DNA of 64,000 nucleotides from Longimicrobiales bacterium (GTDB lineage: Bacteria; Gemmatimonadota; Gemmatimonadetes; Longimicrobiales; Gaopeijiaceae): assembly GCA_965238005.1 (NCBI GenBank), contig OZ250165.1, positions 192,001 through 256,000 of the forward strand. The letters are read 5' to 3'. Of this stretch, positions 55,282 through 62,607 are shown piece after piece. The position numbers and the translations under genes are program-made. The number at the start of each line of letters is the position of its first letter. Positions within the stretch are counted from its first letter, which is position 1. Below the pieces are notes generated by a model. The model was not told the DNA's origin. It saw nothing but the letters and a program-made list of their open reading frames with translations, and searched no databases.

Positions 55282-55304
55282 AGGATGGCCCGCCGACGAC
55301 AGGA

Positions 55305-55733
55305 CTACGGGACGCGGACCCGCTCAGCCATCTCGGGCCACGCGATCCTCCTAAAGCGCCCGATGTTCCAGGTGTACACCGCCTCAACCTTCGCGCGCTC
55401 GGCGCACTTGAGGATGAGCGCGTCGTAGATCTGACCGCTCCGCGCCTCCACCCCGGCGACGTGTCGCAACACCCACAGGTAATCGCCCACGTCCAATGTC
55501 ACCGGAGCAAATGCGGTAGCCACGTGTTCGACGGCTTCGAGCACCTGATCCACCCGGCGCATCTTCGGCGTGGGAGTGGCCGAGAGCGTCGCGTACAGCT
55601 CGGCGAGGGAGTGGGCGGCCACGAAGGCGTTCGAAGGAGTCGCCGTGGCCACGAGAGCCAGAGACCGCCGATGGTGCCGATGCGCGGCCTCGGAGGCCGC
55701 GAAGAGCACGGTCGTGTCGCAGAGAAAAGTCAT
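55305..55733 (-). CDS. VapC/PIN toxin (copy 2)
   Basis: Near-identical to 53610-54038. Confidence 0.92.
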   Translation of the reverse strand: MTFLCDTTVLFAASEAAHRHHRRSLALVATATPSNAFVAAHSLAELYATLSATPTPKMRRVDQVLEAVEHVATAFAPVTLDVGDYLWVLRHVAGVEARSGQIYDALILKCAERAKVEAVYTWNIGRFRRIAWPEMAERVRVP

Positions 55734-55747
55734 CGACCGAGAAGCCG

Positions 55748-56023
55748 CTACTCGTCTCCCCGGACCTGCCGGTGCCTGCGCTCCCACTCCTCCTCAACGG
55801 CCCGGCCCAGGTCAACCGTCTGCTCCTCGCCGGACCGGAACACGACCCAGCCGCTAGCGTGCCGCTCGGCCGGAATCTCCTCCGGCCTCGGCCGGAGCAC
55901 AATCCCGTCCGGAGACTCGAAGATCTCGAGGCGGTGGTCCCCGTCGACGAGGCCGTACTTCTCGCGCATGGCCCGTGGGACAACCACGCGACCGGCGCGA
56001 TCCATCTTGATGGTCTTCTTCAT
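55748..56023 (-). CDS. AbrB/MazE-type antitoxin (copy 2)
   Basis: Near-identical to 54053-54328. Confidence 0.9.
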   Translation of the reverse strand: MKKTIKMDRAGRVVVPRAMREKYGLVDGDHRLEIFESPDGIVLRPRPEEIPAERHASGWVVFRSGEEQTVDLGRAVEEEWERRHRQVRGDE

Positions 56024-56105
56024 ACCATTAATCATGGTACATGAGGTGGTATTATCAATGGTGCCCATATGCCATTCGTGCCGCCCGTCCACGATGACTT
56101 CTATG

Positions 56106-56179
56106 GCATGTGGCCTCGAGGTTGAGGGGGACGAGCGAACGCACCAACATACTTCCTCAGGACGAAGAGGGGGATCGGC
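56106..56179 (-). repeat. Copy of the ugd leader and ATG with no ugd behind it
   Basis: GCATGTGGCCTCGAGGTTGAGGGGGACGA..GCACCAACATACTTCCTCAGGACGAAGAG matches 52723-52789. Confidence 0.9.
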
Positions 56180-56360
56180 CAGGGCGGTGCGATCGATGAT
56201 CAGGCCGGGCGCCTGGATCCTCACTGTTCCGTTGAGGGCCAGGTTCGGGAGCATGGCGTTGACTGACACTCCCGTGAGCCAACGGGTCCCAAGCAACCAT
56301 GGAACGGTTCACGCCCGTGGACTATACTAGGATCAGACAGCGCTCTTCACTGGAGGTCCT

Positions 56361-56588
56361 ATGCCCAGTTCACTGCAATCCGTCGAGGCCGCCGCTCTCG
56401 AGTTGAGCCCCGAAGAGCGGGCCCAGCTCGCTCAGCGCCTGTTCGCGAGTCTCCCTCGGGATCCAGAGGTCGAGGCGGCGTGGGACGAGGAGATCAAGCG
56501 TCGCGTCGCCGAGCTAGAAGCGGGAGTGATGGAGACGATTCCGGCCGAGGAGGTCTTTGGCGAGGCTCGCAGCCGGCTGAAGGCGTAG
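56361..56588 (+). CDS. Addiction-module antitoxin
   Basis: ALELSPEERAQLAQRLFASL..EAAWDEEIKRR..IPAEEVF; GGAGG RBS. Confidence 0.9.
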   Translation: MPSSLQSVEAAALELSPEERAQLAQRLFASLPRDPEVEAAWDEEIKRRVAELEAGVMETIPAEEVFGEARSRLKA

Positions 56589-56879
56589 TTGCGAGTTGAA
56601 TTCGCCACTCCGGCGAGTTCGGAGTTCCTAGCGGCGATCGACCTCTACGAGTCACAGGTTCCGGGGATCGGTCGCGAATTCATCGAAGACGTGGAGCAGG
56701 CCGTCCAGCTCGTCGCTGAGTTCCCTTCCATCGGCAGTCCCGCACCGTCAGGTACACGCCGAGCCCATCTGAGGCGGTTCCCCTATGCTCTCGTGTATCA
56801 GGAGACGTCGGAGTCGATCTGGGTCGTTGCGGTTGAGCATCACCGAAGGAGGCCTGGATTCTGGGAGGATCGACTGTAG
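56589..56879 (+). CDS. ParE/RelE-family toxin
   Basis: YESQVPGIGREF, RRFPYALVY, VAVEHHRRRPGFW; TTG start. Confidence 0.88.
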   Translation: MRVEFATPASSEFLAAIDLYESQVPGIGREFIEDVEQAVQLVAEFPSIGSPAPSGTRRAHLRRFPYALVYQETSESIWVVAVEHHRRRPGFWEDRL

Positions 56880-56965
56880 GGCCCGATTAGCCGAGCAAAT
56901 CATCTCAAGCCTCGATGAGGAAGCCGAGATTGAGCGAGAGTGGCTGGCAGAGGTGGCGGCGACGG
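56877..56965 (+). pseudogene. Second addiction-module antitoxin fragment
   Basis: RARLAEQIISSLDEEAEIEREWLAEV parallels 56361-56588. Confidence 0.6.
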
Positions 56966-57014
56966 GATGCTGAATTGGACACTGGCGACGCGATCCTATT
57001 CGCTGCAGGTGACC

Positions 57015-57186
57015 TCAGCCCTCCGGCTGGGGGTGGACCGTGGGGTCGCTGTAGACCTCGGAGGTGGAGGCCATGAGGAAGCGTCCACCCTTCTCCTTCG
57101 CCAACTCGGGGAGGTTGTGAGTGGCGTAGCTCCCCACCTTGAGGGTGGCCGGGAAGCCGGCGGCGCCGGTGATGAGGAGTGTCTCC
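57015..57186 (-). pseudogene. Internally deleted uxs-like remnant
   Basis: LLITGAAGF joined to [34 protein letters not shown]. Confidence 0.8.
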
Positions 57187-57220
57187 TGGTTGTTCGATCG
57201 AGTTCGACGACGGCCTCAGA

Positions 57221-57436
57221 TCAAGCGGGCACCTCGACGTATGCCGAGTAGCTATGAGGCTCCGGCACTTCGTACTCCTCCGCCCTAAGGCCATCCAGGT
57301 GGAATTGGATGGCCCCCCGCATATTGCGCTCGACATCCTCGCGGGTAGCTCCCGTCGAAACGCATCCGGCCAGGTCGGGTGAGTACGCTGAGTAACCCGT
57401 GTCCGTCTCTTCAATGACGATCAGATACTTCTTCAT
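57221..57436 (-). CDS. hicB: HicB-family antitoxin
   Basis: YLIVIEE..GYSAYSPDLAGCVSTGATREDV..AIQFHLDGL. Confidence 0.92.
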   Translation of the reverse strand: MKKYLIVIEETDTGYSAYSPDLAGCVSTGATREDVERNMRGAIQFHLDGLRAEEYEVPEPHSYSAYVEVPA

Positions 57437-57600
57437 GCCTTGAGTCCCGCCTGCTTGAGGATGCTATTCAGGGTACCCGGAGCAAGCTCGTCGTTCATCG
57501 TCCCCGGTACCGTCACGAGGCCCTTCTTCTCACGGTGCTTGTATTGATGATGACTGCCCCGGGTTCGCGCCAGTACCAGCCGTCCTGGGATCAGCGCCGA
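57433..57600 (-). pseudogene. hicA: HicA toxin, 5' end damaged
   Basis: RTRGSHHQYKH..VTVPG..LAPGTLNSILKQAGL; upstream QDGWY is in another frame and there is no proper start. Confidence 0.75.
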
Positions 57601-58018
57601 AGACTTGGTGCGGCTTCTGTGATGGGCTCCTCGTCGCGTGGGCGAAGGAACGGTTCGGTCCGGCACATCCCGTAACACCCGGTTCCCGCACGGCCCTCAG
57701 GTGCGCCTGCGCGCTTGAGCAAGCAGTCCTTACAATTAACGACGTGCCGGCCCTTCGGGACCTACGTGGCTGCGCGATTCCGGTCGGGAACCGATTGGCC
57801 CGTTACGCGACGTTTGACCCCCCTGGTGGGGGCGTCAGATTCCGTCTATGGTCAAGGTGGTAGATCGCCTCATAAGGCCGGCCACCCGTGGTACCTCTCC
57901 CGCGGCCATGCACCGCTGGGACGAGCCGTCCAGCGAAGGCCTGCGGGCGTACCCGCAGGACCATGGTCTGGGTACACCGAGTCGGTGAGTGCCTCCAAAT
58001 GGGAGATGGCGATGGTGG

Positions 58019-58299
58019 TTAGTCGAAGAGGTCGGAGTGGGTACCCGTTCGCTCAAACGTGATCGTGTCGTCAACGATGCGATAGATCAGGACCCAGCCG
58101 GGGCGGATGTGACAGTCACGGTGTCCCTTCCATTCGCCAGACAACTGGTAATCGCGATGGCGTTCGCCAAGGGGCTACCGGCGATCAGAGATTCCATCAC
58201 CGTCCTGACTTCCATCATGTCGTACCCGCGCTTCCTGCACCTCCTGTAATCGCGCTTGAACTGAGCAGTCCGTGCGGTCCGAAGCGGACCCTTGGCCAT
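58019..58299 (-). pseudogene. yafQ: YafQ-family toxin, frameshifted
   Basis: TAQFKRDYRRCRKRG..PLA then, after a 1-nt shift near 58165, RHRDYQLSGEWKGHRDCHIRPGWVLIY..RTGTHSDLF. Confidence 0.85.
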
Positions 58300-58301
58300 C
58301 C

Positions 58302-58541
58302 TCAGTTCTCGAGATCTTCAAACAGCTCTTCGGCGGATTCGAATTCCCGCACGTTCCGCCCAGCGTCCGCGTCTCGAAGCGTTTCCGCAGTGCGCGCGTT
58401 GGGCGCGACAAGCACACGCGGTTCGAGGACGATCTTTCCGTCCTCGAATTCTCGAACATGGTAGTGGTCGTACTCGGCCTCCCGAATCGTGAGCCGCTTC
58501 CGGGAGTCCAGCTTCGCGTCGTATTCCCTCACCGCACCCAT
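58302..58541 (-). CDS. Antitoxin with AbrB-like N-terminus and DinJ-like C-terminus
   Basis: KLDSRKRLTIR..DGKIVLEPR then PNARTAETLRDA..FESAEELFEDL; directly upstream of yafQ. Confidence 0.75.
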   Translation of the reverse strand: MGAVREYDAKLDSRKRLTIREAEYDHYHVREFEDGKIVLEPRVLVAPNARTAETLRDADAGRNVREFESAEELFEDLEN

Positions 58542-58604
58542 GCTTCCCCCTTGGTGTGGGTATTCCCATCTGGAACTTCACCCCCAGCCTCGGGGAGCGC
58601 AAGA

Positions 58605-58755
58605 GATGGGTCAACCGCAAGTAGCGGGCGTCGCCGCAGAGATCCAGGCCGCCGGGCCATTCGACGCTGCCGTGCTCTCCAATCCGAACCGCCTCTACCA
58701 CCGAGGTCAGAAAGATCGACCGCGCCCTCAGAGCCGTCCTCGAACCGATGGGACG
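58605..58755 (-). pseudogene. DUF2442-like remnant
   Basis: RFEDGSEGAVDLSDLGGRG joined out of frame to EAVRIGEHGSVEWPGGLDLCGDARYLRLT. Confidence 0.7.
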
Positions 58756-58793
58756 GGGGCCATCAGCGCATCACCCTACTTCCGCCGTGTACC

Positions 58794-59278
58794 GCTGTCG
58801 ACGCCCAGAACCACGCGATCGGGCTTCATGAAGTCGTCGACGGCCGCCCCCTCCTTGAGAAACTCGGGGTTGGAGCAGACGTGGACCTTGTGGTCCGTCT
58901 CCGCCTCGATGGCTTCGCGAACCTTCGCCGCGGTCCCCACTGGCACCGTGCTCTTGGTGATGACGATCTTCTCGCCGTTCATGGCCCGGCCGATGGTCCG
59001 GGCCGCATCGAGCACATGCTGGAGGTCAGCGGAGCCGTCCTCGTCGGGGGGCGTGCCCACGGCAATGAAGATGATCTCGGAGGCCCGGACGGCCTCTGGG
59101 ATGTCGGTGGTGAAGGTGAGGCGGCCGGAGCGGAGGTTCCGCTCCACCAGGGGCTCGAGGCCCGGCTCGTATATGGGATCTCGCCGGCGTTCAGGCGGGC
59201 GATTTTGCCGTCGATGATGTCGGCGCAGATGACGTCGTTGCCGGCCTCGGCCAGGCAGGCACCGGCTACGAGGCCGAC
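58794..59278 (-). pseudogene. ugd: ugd 5' fragment B
   Basis: [15 protein letters not shown]...[13 protein letters not shown]; no start; frameshift near 59175. Confidence 0.92.
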
Positions 59279-59279
59279 G

Positions 59280-59362
59280 ATCCTCTCCGTCGTGACGGCC
59301 AGCGAGCTCCTCCACGGCGGGGAACAGCCTCGAGGAGGCCGGGAAGATCGCCCAGCCGACCA
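59280..59362. pseudogene. Scrambled relic of the PIN/Phd pair at 48229-48914
   Basis: [12 protein letters not shown] on + (toxin piece inverted) fused to a segment matching 48733-48775. Confidence 0.7.
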
Positions 59363-59649
59363 CCCGATCCACTTCCTCGGTCTCGATCCAGCGATAGATG
59401 GTGCGTCGGCCAAAGCCCAGTTCACGGGCGATGGCCGCCTAATGCCTTCTTCGAGATAGTGTCTGAGCAACACGTGCTTCTCCCTTCCATACATCGCGCC
59501 TCCGACGTGTGAGTGAAGTCGCGAAGGTTGGGTGATCGGCCGCGAGGACGCCCAGCTAGTAGAGCACACGGCCCTCCAGCCCAAGCTACAGGACCGCCGA
59601 GTGTGAGATTTCGTCCGCCACTTCTGTGCAGTTTTGGGCCCCTCTAACA
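59362..59649 (-). mobile_element. IS21-family left end and istA N-terminal stump
   Basis: TGTTAGAGG..AAAACTGCACA..AAATCTCACA end; [38 protein letters not shown], frameshifted. Confidence 0.7.
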
Positions 59650-59685
59650 CACGGAAGGCTTGGGGCGAACAGAGCTGGATGAGCG

Positions 59686-60381
59686 TCACTGGGCCACGAC
59701 ATAGCCCAGGACGTGATTCAGAATGCCGAGGAATTCACGAGCTACCAGCAACACGTCCCGTCGATGCCGCCACCAATCTGATGGATCGAAGGGATCACGC
59801 GTGGCCGCGCGGACGACCCCCGGCGGACCCCCGTTTGCCACCCGATTCCAGATCAATCGAACCCGACGCGTATGGACCTTCGAGGTGACGAGTATCACTG
59901 GGAGGGTATCCCGGGCCAGAGCCCGCGCCGCGACCTTAAGTTCCTCGAACGTGCCACCCCGAAAACGCTCCTCGGGCACCACGATGGCCGAGTCAGGAAT
60001 CCCGAGTCGTACGAGAACCTCACGCGTTCTCACCATTGACTCAGCGAGCTCAACACCCAGTTCTCGCAGCATCTGCTGTTGCTCCGAGAAGCCTACTTGT
60101 ATGAGCATGAGATTAGGGGCCCATCCTGCGTGATATATCCTGGCCGCCTCGATCTCTCGGACCGGCAGATCCCCACCAAGGACGATGATGGTCGAAGCGG
60201 ATCGTAGAGGATCCTCCACGATCAGGAACGCCGCGGCAGTCCTGAGAGCGGGCCTCCAGCCGAGGATGATGATTAGGACCACTCCGAACACACCGCCTGC
60301 CCAACGCGCCAATCGGCCGCGATTCTTCCCCGCGTGCGCCGGGATCGCCTTCGGCTCCCCTTGCCGGATCGTCTCACTCAC
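59686..60381 (-). CDS. YdcF/DUF218 family protein
   Basis: IIVLGGD..R..EAARIY, TFEE, ILVTSKVHTRR, WW..REFLG. Confidence 0.85.
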   Translation of the reverse strand: MSETIRQGEPKAIPAHAGKNRGRLARWAGGVFGVVLIIILGWRPALRTAAAFLIVEDPLRSASTIIVLGGDLPVREIEAARIYHAGWAPNLMLIQVGFSEQQQMLRELGVELAESMVRTREVLVRLGIPDSAIVVPEERFRGGTFEELKVAARALARDTLPVILVTSKVHTRRVRLIWNRVANGGPPGVVRAATRDPFDPSDWWRHRRDVLLVAREFLGILNHVLGYVVAQ

Positions 60382-60806
60382 GTCGCCGCTCCCCTCACAA
60401 CTGGATCGACCGATCTCGACCGCACCGACAAGCCCTGATCGCCGAAGAATCCGTAGCGGCGAAGGTAGTAGCATTTCCGTCGAACTCGGGCAGGAACTTC
60501 TCGACGATCAGGTGACGATTCTGAAAGACAGTCTTTCTTGGATCGCAGGACAAGGTATTGGCTGAGGGTCCACAACGGTCGAACAGGAAGCGAGCACCGT
60601 TGATGATTCGACGATGCACGGGTTGGCCGAGGAAAAGGATTGACTCGGGCATACCCCCGGAGTTGTTGTCCGTCTTGAGGATAACGGATCCGGCGTAGTC
60701 GCCTTCCGACGACACCAGATTGCAACTGAAGGAGGACTTCCGGATATCCGAATGTTGCCGTGCCGCACCAGGGCCCGGACGTACTCGGGCGGTGGGACAG
60801 AGACAT
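60378..60806 (-). pseudogene. Multiply frameshifted hypothetical (possibly ATP-grasp-like) gene
   Basis: Protein-like blocks in shifting frames: DIRKSSFSCNLV..GSVILKTDNNSGGMPE..IVEKFLPEFDG / YYLRRYGFFGD; stop overlaps the DUF218 start. Confidence 0.45.
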
Positions 60807-61284
60807 CAGTCGTCGACCGCCGCCCCTTCCTTGAGAAACTCGGGATTGGAGCAGACGTGGATCTTGTGGTCCGTCTCCGCCTCGATGACCTCGCGAACCT
60901 TCGCCGCCGTCCCCACCGGAACCGTGCTCTTGGTGATGACGATCTTCTCGCCGTTCATCGCCCGGCCTATTGTCCGAGCGGCGTCGGGACGTGCTGGAGA
61001 TCCGCCGAGCCGTCCTCGTCGGGGGGCGTGCCCACTGCGATGAAGATGATCTCGGAGGCCCGGACGGCCTCTGGGATGTCGGTCGTGAAGGTGAGGCGGC
61101 CCGATCGGAGGTTCCGCTCCACCAGGGGCTCGAGGCCCGGCTCGTATATGGGGATCTCGCCGGCGTTCAGGCGGGCGATCTTGTCCTCGATGATGTCGGC
61201 GCAGATGACGTCGTTGCCGGTCTCGGCGAGGCAGGCGCCGGCTACGAGGCCGACGTATCCTGTTCCGATGAGTGCTACGTGTAT
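60806..61284 (-). pseudogene. ugd: ugd 5' fragment C
   Basis: ATA in place of [15 protein letters not shown]...[17 protein letters not shown]; frameshift near 60990. Confidence 0.92.
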
Positions 61285-61500
61285 GCGAGATCGGGGTTGG
61301 AAGGGACGAGGGGCAGAATGAATGGAGTCGGCCGGAGGACAGTCGAATGAGTCCCCTGCCGCAGTAGTCTATCGCAAACGGGGCGGAAGTGCACTCGGCG
61401 CCGGACTGGAGTGGAACTGGATGACGCCACACGACGGCCGACCGTTACCAGTCCTGACTTCTCAGCGTGCCTAGACGGGCGCGATGGCTTCCCGCGCCCC

Positions 61501-62607
61501 TCACCTCCGACCATCGGTCCAGGCATCGAACACGCCGACGATGCGACCGGCAGCGGCACCGTCCCAGCCCTCGGGCCTTCGGGCTTCCGGCCGGGCGTCT
61601 CTTGTCTCCCGGAAGGCTTCGAGGATGGCGGACCTGCTTCGGTCCGGAACTAGGCGGTTCGTACCCTGTTCGACGGTGACAGGCCGTTCCGTGCACGGCC
61701 GGAGTGTGAGGCACGGCACACCCAAGACGGTGGTCTCTTCCTGGATCCCGCCAGAGTCGGTGAGGACGACGGCGGCCGATTCCATGAGCGAAAGCAGTTC
61801 GAGGTAACCCAGGGGCTTCGTGACCGTCACGCCTGAGGGACTCAGACCGAACGCCTCGCTTCGCTCCTTGGTCCGCGGGTGCATGGGAAATAGCACCGGC
61901 ATCTCGGCCGCGATCACCTCCAGAGCGCTGAAGATCTCGCCGAGCTGGTCACGGTCGTCAACGTTCCGCGGCCGATGGAGCGTGACGACGGCGTAGCCAT
62001 CTTCCTTCACGTCGAAGCGGCGGTGCGCCTCGATCTCCCGGGCGCGATCCACCAGCGAGAGAAGCGTATCGATCATCACGTTCCCCACGAAGTGGATCCG
62101 CTCCGCCGGCACGCCTTCGGCCAGGAGGTTCTCGTCGGCATCCCGGCTCGGCGTAAGCAGGATCTCCGCGACGCGATCTGTGAGCACGCGGTTGATCTCC
62201 TCAGGCATGGCTAGGTCGCGACTCCTGAGCCCGGCCTCCACGTGGGCGACCGGGACGCCCATCTTCACCGCCGTCACGGTGGCAGCCAGCGTCGAGTTCA
62301 CGTCCCCGACTACGACGACCAGCTCCGGTCGGACGTCGCGCAACACGGGCTCCAGAGCAGTCATGACCCCGGCTGTCTGCGTCGCGTGGGTGCCGGATCC
62401 CACGCCCAGGTTGATGTCGGGCGTCGGGATACCGAGCTCCGAGAAGAACGCCTTCGACATGACCTCGTCGTAGTGCTGGCCAGTATGGACCAAGGTGTTC
62501 CGGTATCCGCCACGCCCCTCCATCTCCCTGAGCAGGGGAGCGATCTTCATGAAGTTGGGGCGGGCGCCCACGACGTGGAGGACAGACGTGGCGCCGCTCC
62601 AGCTCAT
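61501..62607 (-). CDS. wecB: UDP-N-acetylglucosamine 2-epimerase (non-hydrolysing)
   Basis: GARPNFMK, HTGQHYD, HVEAGLRS, TDSGGIQEE. Confidence 0.96.
   Translation of the reverse strand: MSWSGATSVLHVVGARPNFMKIAPLLREMEGRGGYRNTLVHTGQHYDEVMSKAFFSELGIPTPDINLGVGSGTHATQTAGVMTALEPVLRDVRPELVVVVGDVNSTLAATVTAVKMGVPVAHVEAGLRSRDLAMPEEINRVLTDRVAEILLTPSRDADENLLAEGVPAERIHFVGNVMIDTLLSLVDRAREIEAHRRFDVKEDGYAVVTLHRPRNVDDRDQLGEIFSALEVIAAEMPVLFPMHPRTKERSEAFGLSPSGVTVTKPLGYLELLSLMESAAVVLTDSGGIQEETTVLGVPCLTLRPCTERPVTVEQGTNRLVPDRSRSAILEAFRETRDARPEARRPEGWDGAAAGRIVGVFDAWTDGRR

Larger units (their letters stand above)
53050..56085. repeat. Direct duplication, period 1695 bp (units ~53050-54390 and ~54655-56085)
   Basis: vapC 53610/55305 and antitoxin 54053/55748 are both offset by 1695 nt and nearly identical. 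Confidence 0.95.

Noticed and set aside
57600..58018. Possible further relics between hicA and yafQ (also 54390-54650 and 56180-56340)
   Set aside because: No motif recognisable with enough confidence to name.
58794..61284. ugd fragments as split-intein N-halves
   Set aside because: They end about 90-100 codons before the intein site, carry no intein sequence, and are frameshifted or lack a start.
48028..61320. Integron, prophage or ICE explanation of the TA array
   Set aside because: No integrase, phage or conjugation genes and no convincing attC sites were seen in the window.
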